This document shows positions 30,407 to 39,907 of a stretch of DNA of 64,000 bases, piece after piece (within the stretch, counting starts at the first letter, position 1; every line of letters starts with the position of its first letter). Made by a program: the position numbers and the translations under genes. The notes under the pieces were generated by a model, which saw only the letters and a list, made by a program, of their open reading frames with translations, did no database searches and was not told the origin of the DNA. This DNA is from Phenylobacterium sp. GTDB taxonomy: Bacteria; Pseudomonadota; Alphaproteobacteria; Caulobacterales; Caulobacteraceae. The DNA is taken from assembly GCF_020253645.1 (NCBI RefSeq), contig NZ_JADCBG010000037.1, positions 24,501 to 88,500 on the forward strand. The letters are read 5' to 3'.

Positions 30407-30933
30407 TCGAGACCGAGCGGCTGGTCCTGAGGCCCTGGCGGGACGAGGACAGGGCGGCCTTCGCCGCGATCAACGCCGATCCCCGCGTCCATGACTGGCT
30501 GGGCGGGCCCATCCCGCCCCAGGCGACCGACGCCATGGTCGACCGGATCAACGCCGCCATGGCGGCGAACGGCTTCAGCTTCTGGGCGGCGGAGCACCGG
30601 GCGGACGGCCGCCTGGCCGGCATGATCGGCCTGTCGCGCGTGGGGGAGGGCGACCTGCCCGTGGGCCCCTGCGTAGAGATCGGCTGGCGGCTCCACCCGG
30701 ACTTCTGGGGTCATGGACTGGCCAGCGAAGGCGCGAAGGCGGCGCTCGACTGGGGCTTCGGCCCCGGCGGCCTTGCCGAGATCATCGCTTTCACGGCGCA
30801 GACCAACCTGGCCTCCCAGGCGGTCATGCGCCGGATCGGGATGACCCCCGACCCGGCGTGGGACTTCGACCACCCCCGGCTGGCCCCGGACCATCCCCTG
30901 CGCCGCCACGTGGTCTGGACGGCTCGCTCATAG
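30403..30933 (+). CDS. GNAT acetyltransferase, RimJ/RimL family
   Basis: IETERL.LRPW, EIGWRL...FWG.G.ASE.A, N.ASQAVM.RIGM; GTGA overlap with aguB. Confidence 0.88.
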   Translation: MIETERLVLRPWRDEDRAAFAAINADPRVHDWLGGPIPPQATDAMVDRINAAMAANGFSFWAAEHRADGRLAGMIGLSRVGEGDLPVGPCVEIGWRLHPDFWGHGLASEGAKAALDWGFGPGGLAEIIAFTAQTNLASQAVMRRIGMTPDPAWDFDHPRLAPDHPLRRHVVWTARS

Positions 30934-31009
30934 TTCCTACCCCAACGGGCAGGTGGACCGCGAAGCCGGCCGGAGGGGGTCTGCGAGGGTGCAGGCGCAC
31001 CCCCGCCGC

Positions 31010-31891
31010 CTAGCGGAGGACTGTCAGGCCGTTGCGGATGACGGTGACGTTGCGGGCCTTCACACGGGCCTCGAACGAGATGTTCTTGCCGTCCTTCCAG
31101 ATGTCGACCGTGATCAGGTCCCCGGGGAAGACCGGCGAGGAAAACCGGGCCTGATGGGAATAGATCTGATCAGGATCAAACCCGGTCACCTCCTGGAGCA
31201 CGGCGCGGCAGGTGATGCTGTAGGTGCAAAGCCCGTGCAGGATCGGCCGGTCGAAGCCCGCCTTTCTGGCGACGCCGGGGTCGGAGTGCAGGGGGTTGCG
31301 ATCGCCATTCAGGCGATAGAGCAGGGCCTGGTCCTCGCGGGTGGCGAAGTCCACGGAGATGTCCGGCGCCCGGGTGGGCACAGCGTGGGGCTCGGGGGCG
31401 CCCTCCGAGGGACCGCCGAAGCCACCGTCGCCCCGGGCGAAGGTGGAGCCGGTGAGGGTGGCGACCTTCTCGCCCTTTTCATCCGTCCAGACGGTCTCGT
31501 TGATGATCACCGCGCCCTTGCCCTCGCCCTTGTCATAGGCGCCGATCGTGCGGCCCTCGGCGGTAAAGGTCCCGCTGGTCGGGAGGGGCCTGTGCAGCTC
31601 GACCTTTTGTTCGCCATGGACAACCATCAGGAAGTTGATCTGGCTGGGCCGGTGGCCGGGCGGCATTTCCGGGGCGGGCCCCGCTGCGCCCCGGAGAGCA
31701 GAGGCCAGCACGGTGGCGGCTGTCGGGACGACCTTCAGGCCCTTCTCATAGACGAAGGCCAGCTCGGTCTCGTTCATCGGGTCCTGCCCCAGGCCGATGC
31801 CAAGGGCGTACAACATCACGTCCTTGTCGCCATACGAGAAGGTCCTCGGCGCCGTGCGCTGCTGAAGGATGTCTGGAAAAAAGATGGCCAT
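31010..31891 (-). CDS. MaoC-like double-hotdog (R)-enoyl-CoA hydratase, MFE-2 type
   Basis: LYALGIG, VHGEQ, LYRLNGDRNPLHSDP, PILHGLCT. Confidence 0.9.
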   Translation of the reverse strand: MAIFFPDILQQRTAPRTFSYGDKDVMLYALGIGLGQDPMNETELAFVYEKGLKVVPTAATVLASALRGAAGPAPEMPPGHRPSQINFLMVVHGEQKVELHRPLPTSGTFTAEGRTIGAYDKGEGKGAVIINETVWTDEKGEKVATLTGSTFARGDGGFGGPSEGAPEPHAVPTRAPDISVDFATREDQALLYRLNGDRNPLHSDPGVARKAGFDRPILHGLCTYSITCRAVLQEVTGFDPDQIYSHQARFSSPVFPGDLITVDIWKDGKNISFEARVKARNVTVIRNGLTVLR

Positions 31892-32088
31892 GAAATCGTT
31901 TCCTCTCCAAAGGCGGTTAGGCCGCCCCTCGTTATGGTTCGATTGAAGCGGGTACCTTCCTCGGGCGCAAGCCGCCGACACTCCGATTTGCCGCCCATCC
32001 TGCAATCGGCTAGAAGCGGCGTCCTTCGTCCCGGCGGTCCCGGCCGCCGTGCGTCTCAGACCCTCGCCCTCCAGACCCAAGGCACTCC

Positions 32089-32895
32089 ATGGCGACCCCC
32101 ACTCAGATCAACCGCGGCGGCCAGATCTCCGGCACCGTCCTGTTCTACAACAAGCCGGAGCCGCTTTCGCCCGAGCTGCACAAGGGAATGGGCGTCAATC
32201 GCCTGGATGGCCCCTTTGGCTTCGCCCGGACCGGTCACGCCGTGCCGCTGACGGTGACGGAGTTCAGCATCGCCTGCCTGACCTTCCCGATCATCTTCGT
32301 CGGTGAGGACAAGACCCCTCTGGCGGTCATGGGCCTGAATGCCGAGCAGAACATGTTCCTGCGGGATGACGGCCTGTTCGATCCGGGCATTTATGTCCCG
32401 GCCTATATCCGTCGCTATCCCTTCGTCTTCGCCAATGACGACGTGGCCAAGCAGTCCATCCTCTGCATCGATCGCTCCGCGGAGTTCATCGTCGAAGGCG
32501 GCGACCTGCCCTTTTTCAACGAGGACGGCTCGCCCAGCGAGTACACCCAGAACTGCATCGAGTTCTGCAACAACTACGAGGTGGAGCGCCAGAAGACCCT
32601 GGCCTTCGTCCAGCTGCTCAAGGACCTCGACCTGTTCGAGGTCAAGAAGGCCACCCACACCCCGGTCAATCCCGACGGCACGGCGGGCGAGCCCCAGCAG
32701 ATCGCCGAGTATTTTGGCATCTCGGAGGAAAAGCTGAACGCCCTTCCCCACGACAAGCTGGCGGAACTTCGCGACAACGGCGCCCTCCAGCAGATCTACG
32801 CCCATATCATCAGCCTGTTCGGCTGGGACCGCCTGATCGCGCTGCAGATCTACAAGCTCTCCGAAGCCCAGGCGAACTCCGTTGCTGGGGCCTAA
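32089..32895 (+). CDS. SapC family protein
   Basis: LFYNKPEPL, VPLT..EF, FPIIF, YVPAYIRRYPF, G...ISEEKL..L, IYAH..SL. Confidence 0.85.
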   Translation: MATPTQINRGGQISGTVLFYNKPEPLSPELHKGMGVNRLDGPFGFARTGHAVPLTVTEFSIACLTFPIIFVGEDKTPLAVMGLNAEQNMFLRDDGLFDPGIYVPAYIRRYPFVFANDDVAKQSILCIDRSAEFIVEGGDLPFFNEDGSPSEYTQNCIEFCNNYEVERQKTLAFVQLLKDLDLFEVKKATHTPVNPDGTAGEPQQIAEYFGISEEKLNALPHDKLAELRDNGALQQIYAHIISLFGWDRLIALQIYKLSEAQANSVAGA

Positions 32896-32913
32896 GGTTC
32901 CGCCGGGAGCCCG

Positions 32914-33306
32914 CTAGCGCGAGAAGACGCTGCGGGTCAGGCAGGAGAAGACCAGCCGGCCCGCCTCGTCCAGCAGGTCATGCTGAGCGATGACGATGCC
33001 CTTGCCGTCGCCTACGGGGTCCTTGCCCATGATGGTCATGCGCCCCCGCAGGACTTCCCCGGCCGGCGGGTTCCGGACCCAGCGCAGGGCGTCAACGCCC
33101 AGCCGCTTGGTCTGTGGCCAGCCTACGGCGGAAATGGCGTCGAGGCGGCTCCATATCGCGAAGACCATGGAGTCCGGGGCCCCCCGTTCGACGGGCCAGC
33201 CCGGAGCGAAGGCCTCGGTAAACGCCTCGAGGGCGCGGGCGTCGACCCTGACCTCTCCAAGTGTCGTCACCTGCCCGATCTCTATCTCGTCAAACCTGCC
33301 CGGCAC
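32914..33306 (-). CDS. Small MaoC/hotdog-fold dehydratase-like protein
   Basis: FDEIEIG, F...F, G.D.LRW..P..AG..L; GTG start chosen. Confidence 0.65.
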   Translation of the reverse strand: MPGRFDEIEIGQVTTLGEVRVDARALEAFTEAFAPGWPVERGAPDSMVFAIWSRLDAISAVGWPQTKRLGVDALRWVRNPPAGEVLRGRMTIMGKDPVGDGKGIVIAQHDLLDEAGRLVFSCLTRSVFSR

Positions 33307-33473
33307 GCGCGGGTCTCCCTTTCTCGGTTTCCGCTCCGGACGATCATGAGGCGGACTGCGCCCTGAATCGAGCCCTTGCGTCACGTCCGGGCCGATTGCC
33401 TTGCGCCCCCCGGGGGCCATATTAGGCGCGCTCCCGGTCCGTGCGACTGTCTGGAAGGCCATCTGGGGAACGC

Positions 33474-35609
33474 ATGCTCAAGAGACTGCTTGCCGGCCTG
33501 GCGGCCCTGGTCGCCCTCGGGGTCATGCCGATGTCCGCGTCCGCGGTCGCCGGGCCTGTCCGGACAGGGCACCTGACCGCCGAGCTGGTCGCGGCCACAG
33601 AAGGCGCGCGCGCCGGCGGCGAGTTCCAGCTCGCCCTGCGACAGGCCATCGACAAGGGCTGGCATACGTACTGGCGGAACTCCGGAGACTCCGGCGCTCC
33701 GACGGAGCTGAGCTGGACCCTGCCCGCCGGCTGGACCGCGAGCGAGATCGTCTGGGCGCCGCCCTCGCGCAAGCCCATCGGGCCGCTGATGAACTACGGC
33801 TATTCGGGCGAGGTGCTCCTGCCGGTCGCTGTCCGGGTTCCCGCCTCGGCGCCGGCTGGCCAGACGGTCACGCTCAGGGTCAAGGCCGCCTTCCTGGTCT
33901 GTTCGGACATCTGCATTCCGGAGGACGCGGATCTCTCCCTCGATGTGAAGGTGGTGGCAGGGGATCCGGCGCCTGACGCCACCTGGGGGCCCCGGATCCA
34001 GGCCGCCCTCGACGCCGCTCCAAGACCGGGTCAGGTGCAGGCGGTCCTGAACTCGGGGCCCGAGGGCCTGAAGGTCGCAGCCGCCGGCGCCGCGATCGCC
34101 GGCGGAACCGCACGCGACGCCTACTTCTTTCCCTATGCGGCGGCGGTGATCGACCATGCCGCGCCCCAGGCCCTGGATCGCGGGCCCGAGGGGCTGACCC
34201 TGACCCTGAAGACTGCTCCGGGTGCGACGGCGCCGGCGACGCTGGCGGGCGTGCTGGCGGTCGACGGACGGTTCTACGAGATCGAGGCCTCGCCCGGCGC
34301 AGCGCCGGCCGGCGCCTCCGGCCTGGGCCCGCCGCCCGCCGCAAAGGCGCCGCAGGGCGGGGCCGGTGGGCTCGCGGGCGCCATCCTGTTCGCCTTTGTG
34401 GGCGGTCTGATCCTGAACCTCATGCCCTGCGTCTTCCCGGTGCTCGCCATGAAGGCGGCCTCCCTGGCGGGCCATGGCCATGACCGGGCGGCCGCGCGGG
34501 CTCAGGGCCTGGCCTTCCTCGCCGGGGTGATGGCCACCTTCCTCGGGCTGGCCGCCCTGCTGCTGGCGGTCCGGGCCGGCGGCGAGGCGGTGGGCTGGGG
34601 CTTCCAGCTTCAGTCCCCTCCTGTGGTTGCGGGCCTCGCCCTCCTCATGCTGGCGGTCGGGCTGAACATGTCCGGGCTCTTCGGGATCGGCTCCTCCCTC
34701 CAGGGGATCGGCGCTGGCGCAGCCTCCCAGGGCGGCGGGCTCGGAGCCTTCCTGACCGGGGCCCTCGCCGTCGTCGTCGCCGCGCCCTGCACCGCGCCCT
34801 TCATGGCGCCCGCCCTCGGCTGGGCCATGACCCAGCCGGCGGCCCTGTCACTGGCCGTCTTCGCCGGCCTCGGCCTGGGCTTCGCCGCCCCCTTCACCCT
34901 GGCCGCCCTCGCGCCCGGCGTCCTGTCGCGCCTGCCCCGACCCGGTCCCTGGATGGATACTTTCCGCAAGGTCCTGGCCTTCCCGATGTACGGGGCGGCC
35001 GCCTGGCTGGCCTGGGTGCTGGCGGTGCAGGCGGGCCCGGACCTCCTGGCCCGGCTCCTCGCGGCCGGCGTCGCCCTGTCCTTCGCCTGCTGGCTGGCGG
35101 GCCTCGCCCAGAGGCGTTCCCTCCTCGGCCAGCCGGCCCGGGCGCTTGGCGTCGTCGCCCTGGGCGTCGCCGTCCTGTCTGTCGCCGCGGCGGTATGGCC
35201 CACCCCGGCGCAGGCCGTGGCGGAGGGGTCCGCGCCGTCTGGAACCGACGCCTCTGGCCTGGCCTACGAGACCTACACGCCAGAGCGCCTCGCCGCCCTG
35301 CGCGCCGAGGGCAGGGCGGTGTTCGTCAACTACACCGCCGCCTGGTGCGTCACCTGCCAGGTCAACGAGCGCGTCGCCTTCTCCACCCGTACGGCGGCGG
35401 AGGCCTTCGCAGTGTCCGGGACGGTCTACCTTAAGGCCGACTGGACCCGGCGGGACGCCGTCATCGCCGAGGACCTGGCCCGGTTCGGAAGGGCCGGGGT
35501 GCCCCTTTACCTCGTCTATCCCGCCGGCGGGGGCGATCCCGAGGTCCTGCCCCAGCTCCTGACGCCGGATATGGTCGCCCGCGCGGTCAAGGCCGCAGCC
35601 GACGGATGA
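33474..35609 (+). CDS. dsbD: DsbD family thiol:disulfide interchange protein
   Basis: N-domain WHTYW.N.GDSG and VCSDIC; TM domain NLMPCVFP and APCTAP; thioredoxin domain WCVTC. Confidence 0.92.
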   Translation: MLKRLLAGLAALVALGVMPMSASAVAGPVRTGHLTAELVAATEGARAGGEFQLALRQAIDKGWHTYWRNSGDSGAPTELSWTLPAGWTASEIVWAPPSRKPIGPLMNYGYSGEVLLPVAVRVPASAPAGQTVTLRVKAAFLVCSDICIPEDADLSLDVKVVAGDPAPDATWGPRIQAALDAAPRPGQVQAVLNSGPEGLKVAAAGAAIAGGTARDAYFFPYAAAVIDHAAPQALDRGPEGLTLTLKTAPGATAPATLAGVLAVDGRFYEIEASPGAAPAGASGLGPPPAAKAPQGGAGGLAGAILFAFVGGLILNLMPCVFPVLAMKAASLAGHGHDRAAARAQGLAFLAGVMATFLGLAALLLAVRAGGEAVGWGFQLQSPPVVAGLALLMLAVGLNMSGLFGIGSSLQGIGAGAASQGGGLGAFLTGALAVVVAAPCTAPFMAPALGWAMTQPAALSLAVFAGLGLGFAAPFTLAALAPGVLSRLPRPGPWMDTFRKVLAFPMYGAAAWLAWVLAVQAGPDLLARLLAAGVALSFACWLAGLAQRRSLLGQPARALGVVALGVAVLSVAAAVWPTPAQAVAEGSAPSGTDASGLAYETYTPERLAALRAEGRAVFVNYTAAWCVTCQVNERVAFSTRTAAEAFAVSGTVYLKADWTRRDAVIAEDLARFGRAGVPLYLVYPAGGGDPEVLPQLLTPDMVARAVKAAADG

Positions 35610-37171
35610 CTGACGCTGAAGACGCCTGGGCGGCCCTCGAGGCCGCCGTTCGCGCCGACCCGTCCCTGCGGCGGTTGTTCGAGCTTGAGCCCGACCGGGC
35701 CGCGCGCCTGACCTTCGAGGCCTGCGGCCTCGTCCTGGACCTGTCCAAGCAGCCCTGGTCCGCCGCTGGCTTCGCCCGGGCCGTCGACCTCGCCCGGGCC
35801 TCGGGCGTGGAGGCCCTCCGGCAGGCCCTTTTCGCTGGCGAGACCGTCAACGCCTCGGAGGGACGGGCGGTCCTGCACATGGCCCTGCGCGCGCCGGGCG
35901 CGCGGGCCTGGCGCGCCGCGGGCCAGCCCGTGGCGGAGGGCGTTGCGGCCGGGCTTGCGCGGATGCTGGCCTTCGCCGGCGACGTCCGCGCGGCTGGCGA
36001 GATCCAGGCTGTCCTGCATATCGGCATCGGAGGATCCGACCTCGGCCCCCGCCTGGTCTGGGAGGCCCTGGCCCCCGTCGCGCCGGAGATCGACCTGCGC
36101 TTCGCCGCCAACGTCGATCCCTCCGAGATCACCGCCGCCCTCGCCGGGCTGGACCCCGCCCGGACCCTGGTGGTGATTGCCTCCAAGACCTTCACCACCC
36201 AGGAGACCCTGTTCAACGCCCGCGCCGCGCGGGCCTGGCTGGACCAGGCGCCCGGCGCCGGGGACCGGCTGGTCGCGGTCACGGCCGCACCGGAGGCCGC
36301 CGCCGCCTTCGGGGTCGACCCGTCAAGGGTCTTCCCCTTCGCAGACTGGGTGGGCGGCAGGTTCTCGCTGTGGTCCGCGGTGGGCCTGTCCTGCGCCATC
36401 GCCCTTGGGCCCGACGCCTTCGAAGGGCTCCTGCGGGGGGCGGCGGAGATGGATGACCACTTCCTCGGGGCGCCGCTCGAAGGGAACCTGCCGGTGGTCC
36501 TGGCCCTGTCCCACGTCCTGAACCGCGATCTCCTCGGCCGGCCCGCCCGCGCCGTGGTTCCCTACGCCCGCCGGCTGAGGCTCCTGCCCGCCTTTCTGCA
36601 GCAGCTGGAGATGGAGTCCAACGGCAAGCGGGTCGGGCGCGACGGCCGGCCCGTCCCGTGGCCCACGGCCGGCGTCGTCTTCGGCGATGCGGGCACCAAC
36701 GGCCAGCACGCCTTCTTCCAGGCCCTGCACCAGGGGACGGACGTGATCCCCCTCGACATCCTCGCCGTACGCCAGCCGGTGGAGGGGGACCCCGCCGCCC
36801 ACCGCGCCCTGCTGGCCAACGCCATCGCCCAGGCCGAGGCCCTGATGGCCGGGCGGACGCAGGCCGAGGCCCTGGCGGTCGCCGGGGGCGATCCTGTCCT
36901 CGCCGCCCAGAAGGCCTTTCCCGGCGACCGGCCCTCAGGCTTCTTCCTGCTGGAGCGCCTCGACCCGCCGACCCTCGGCGCCCTCCTGGCCCTTTTCGAG
37001 CACAAGGTCTTCGTCGAGGGCGTCCTGTGGGGGGTCAACAGCTTCGACCAGTGGGGTGTCGAGCTGGGCAAGGTCCTGGCCGCGCGCATCCTTCCCGAGC
37101 TGGAGGGCGGGCCGGCGGGCGCCCACGACGCCTCCACGGCCGCCCTCGTCGCCCGCCTCCGCGCCCCCTGA
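35606..37171 (+). CDS. pgi: Glucose-6-phosphate isomerase
   Basis: GIGGS, SKTFTT.ET, DWVGGRFSLWSAVG, QQLEMESNGK, FDQWGVELGK. Confidence 0.97.
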   Translation: MTDAEDAWAALEAAVRADPSLRRLFELEPDRAARLTFEACGLVLDLSKQPWSAAGFARAVDLARASGVEALRQALFAGETVNASEGRAVLHMALRAPGARAWRAAGQPVAEGVAAGLARMLAFAGDVRAAGEIQAVLHIGIGGSDLGPRLVWEALAPVAPEIDLRFAANVDPSEITAALAGLDPARTLVVIASKTFTTQETLFNARAARAWLDQAPGAGDRLVAVTAAPEAAAAFGVDPSRVFPFADWVGGRFSLWSAVGLSCAIALGPDAFEGLLRGAAEMDDHFLGAPLEGNLPVVLALSHVLNRDLLGRPARAVVPYARRLRLLPAFLQQLEMESNGKRVGRDGRPVPWPTAGVVFGDAGTNGQHAFFQALHQGTDVIPLDILAVRQPVEGDPAAHRALLANAIAQAEALMAGRTQAEALAVAGGDPVLAAQKAFPGDRPSGFFLLERLDPPTLGALLALFEHKVFVEGVLWGVNSFDQWGVELGKVLAARILPELEGGPAGAHDASTAALVARLRAP

Positions 37172-37259
37172 GCCCTGCGAGGGTTTACGCCCGCCCGCCC
37201 TGGGCTAGAGTGAAGCGAAGGGGACCGCAAGCGCCCCCGCCGGAGGAGACCAAGGGCCC

Positions 37260-38801
37260 ATGCATCTCGCCGACCACGCGCGCCTGACCCCTGACAAGCC
37301 GGCCCTGATCTCGGCCGATACCGGCCGGATCGTAACCTTCGCCCAGCTGGACGAGCGCTCGCTGCGGATGGCCAACCTGTTCCGCGAGCGGGGCCTGAAG
37401 CGCGGCGACCATGTCGCCCTGCTGATGGAGAACAACCTCGCCTTCATGGACGCGGTCTGGGCCTGCTTCCGCTCGGGGCTCTACATCACCACCATCAACC
37501 GCTACCTGCCGCCGGACGAGGCCGCCTACATCGTCAATGACTGCGGCGCGAAGGTCCTGATCAGCTCCTTCGCCAAGCGGGAGACCGCCGAGGGTCTGGC
37601 CGACCTCATCCCCGCCTGCCCGATCCGCCTGATGGTCGACGGCGTCATTCCGGGCTGGGAGTCCTACGAGGCGGCCTGCGACGGCGCCTCGGCCGCCCCC
37701 CTCGACCGGGAGTGGATGGGCGACTCCATGCTTTACAGCTCGGGCACCACGGGCCGGCCCAAGGGCATATTGCGCCCCCTCCCGGAGGCGAGCCCCGCCG
37801 AGGCCTTCGCCCTGCGCCAGCAGGCCAACCGCTACGCCTTCGGCCCCGACACCGTCTATCTGTCGCCGGCGCCGCTCTACCACGCCGCTCCACTCGCCTA
37901 CGTCGTCACGGTCCAGTCCTTTGGCGGTACGGTGGTGATGATGGAGCGCTTCGACGCCGAGCGGTCACTGGAGCTGATCCAGGACTACCGGGTCACCCAC
38001 TCCCAGTGGGTGCCCACCATGTTCGTACGCATGCTCAAGCTGCCGGAGGAGGTCCGCAGGGCGTTCGACGTCTCCAGCCTGCAGGTCGCCATCCACGCCG
38101 CCGCCCCCTGCCCGGTGGAGGTCAAGCGCCAGATGATCGACTGGTGGGGGCCCGTCCTCTACGAGTACTACGCCGGCACCGAGGGATCAGGCTCTACCTT
38201 CATCGACAGCGAGGACTGGCTGAAGCATCCCGGTTCGGTAGGCCGGGCGGCGGTCGGCGTCCTGCACGTCTGCGACGAGGAGGGGAGCGAACTGCCCCCT
38301 GGCGAGACCGGCCTGATCTACTTCGAGCGGGAAATCCCGACCTTCGAGTACCATAACGACCCGGAGAAGACGCGCTCGGCCCGGCACCCCAAGCACCCGA
38401 ACTGGAACGCCCTGGGCGACGTCGGCTACCTCGACGAGGAGGGCTATCTCTACCTCACCGACCGCAAGGCCTTCATGATCATCTCGGGCGGGGTGAACAT
38501 CTATCCCCAGGCCATCGAGGACGCCCTGATCACCCATCCCAAGGTCGCCGACGTCGCGGTCTTCGGGGTGCCCGACCCGGAGATGGGCGAGGCGGTGAAG
38601 GCGGTGATCGAGCCGGCTCCGGGTGTGGCGCCCTCCGAGGATCTCGCCGCCGAGCTCATGACCTACGCCCGCGAGCACCTGGCTCACTACATGGCCCCGC
38701 GCTCCATCGACTTCATCGAGGAAATGCCGCGACTGCCCACGGGCAAGCTCTACAAGCGCATCCTCCGCGACGCCTACTGGCAGGGCGACCGCAAGATCTG
38801 A
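37260..38801 (+). CDS. Acyl-CoA synthetase (AMP-binding enzyme)
   Basis: [38 protein letters not shown]. Confidence 0.93.
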   Translation: MHLADHARLTPDKPALISADTGRIVTFAQLDERSLRMANLFRERGLKRGDHVALLMENNLAFMDAVWACFRSGLYITTINRYLPPDEAAYIVNDCGAKVLISSFAKRETAEGLADLIPACPIRLMVDGVIPGWESYEAACDGASAAPLDREWMGDSMLYSSGTTGRPKGILRPLPEASPAEAFALRQQANRYAFGPDTVYLSPAPLYHAAPLAYVVTVQSFGGTVVMMERFDAERSLELIQDYRVTHSQWVPTMFVRMLKLPEEVRRAFDVSSLQVAIHAAAPCPVEVKRQMIDWWGPVLYEYYAGTEGSGSTFIDSEDWLKHPGSVGRAAVGVLHVCDEEGSELPPGETGLIYFEREIPTFEYHNDPEKTRSARHPKHPNWNALGDVGYLDEEGYLYLTDRKAFMIISGGVNIYPQAIEDALITHPKVADVAVFGVPDPEMGEAVKAVIEPAPGVAPSEDLAAELMTYAREHLAHYMAPRSIDFIEEMPRLPTGKLYKRILRDAYWQGDRKI

Positions 38802-38821
38802 ACAGGACGGGAAGGAACACC

Positions 38822-39682
38822 ATGCAGGACCTCGCGGGAAAGACCGTCTTCATCACTGGCGGGGCCTCGGGGCTCGGCCTCGCCATGGCCCACGCCTTCG
38901 GCGCCGCCGGCATGAACGTCATGCTCGCCGACATTGAGACAGAGCCCCTGGCCCGGGCCGTCGCGGAGCTGGAGGCGCGGCAGGTGAAGGTCGCCGCCGT
39001 CCAGTGCGACGTCACCGACCGCGCCGCCCTGGTGGCCGCCGCCCGGGAGACGGTGTCCGCCTTCGGCAAGGTCCATGTCCTGTGCAACAACGCCGGCGTC
39101 GGGGCTGGCGGCGCCGTGGACGAGATGAAGCCCGCCGACTGGGACTGGACCTTCCAGGTCAACCTGATGGGCGTGATCTACGGCTTCGAGGCCTTCCTGC
39201 CTCACATCCGCGCCCACGGCGCGGGCGGGGCCATCATCAACACCGCCTCCATGGCGGGCCACATGTCGCCGCCGGGCATGGAGGCCTATAGCGCCTCCAA
39301 GTTCGCCGTGGTGGCCCTCACCGAGGGCTGGGCGGCCCAGCTGGCGCCCGAGAACATCCAGGTCCAGGTGCTGTGCCCGGGGTTTGTGCGCACCCGGATC
39401 AACCAGTCGGGCCGCAACCGCCCGGCCAGGTTCGGCGGCCCGCAGGTGCGCGAGATCGTCCCCGACGACCGGGTGGCCAACGGCATCGACCCCGCCCGGG
39501 TCGGCGCCCGGGTGCTGGAGGCCCTGCAGGCCGGAGACCTCTACATCTTCACCCATCCGGACATGCGGCCCTTCGTCCAGATGCGCTTCGCCGGGATCAT
39601 GGAGGGCTTTGACTCCGCCGACCGAAGCCAGGCCCTCAAGGGCATGGACTACCGCACCCCGGACCTCGACCTCCTGCCCTGA
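38822..39682 (+). CDS. Short-chain dehydrogenase/reductase
   Basis: TGGASGLG, NNAG, NTAS, YSASK. Confidence 0.93.
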   Translation: MQDLAGKTVFITGGASGLGLAMAHAFGAAGMNVMLADIETEPLARAVAELEARQVKVAAVQCDVTDRAALVAAARETVSAFGKVHVLCNNAGVGAGGAVDEMKPADWDWTFQVNLMGVIYGFEAFLPHIRAHGAGGAIINTASMAGHMSPPGMEAYSASKFAVVALTEGWAAQLAPENIQVQVLCPGFVRTRINQSGRNRPARFGGPQVREIVPDDRVANGIDPARVGARVLEALQAGDLYIFTHPDMRPFVQMRFAGIMEGFDSADRSQALKGMDYRTPDLDLLP

Positions 39683-39747
39683 GGCGCGGGGTCCCGCCGG
39701 CCTCCGGGGCTGGACGATCCCGCGGCGATGGGCTAGGGACCCGGCCC

Positions 39748-39825
39748 ATGTTCCGTCAGGTTCACCATCACGCCCCCCACCATCCGACCTGCGAAAGCGG
39801 GAGCGGGCGGGTGCGTTCGGCCTGA
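39748..39825 (+). CDS. Putative his leader peptide MFRQVHHHAPHHPTCESGSGRVRSA
   Basis: 25-codon ORF with 5 His codons within 7 codons, ending 82 nt upstream of hisS. Confidence 0.75.
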   Translation: MFRQVHHHAPHHPTCESGSGRVRSA

Positions 39826-39907
39826 TCGAACCTCCGGCGCCGGCCCCCGCGCAATGCGGACGGGGCCGGCCGGCGGCTCCGTCCCTGGCCAACCAAGGGA
39901 TAGGACC

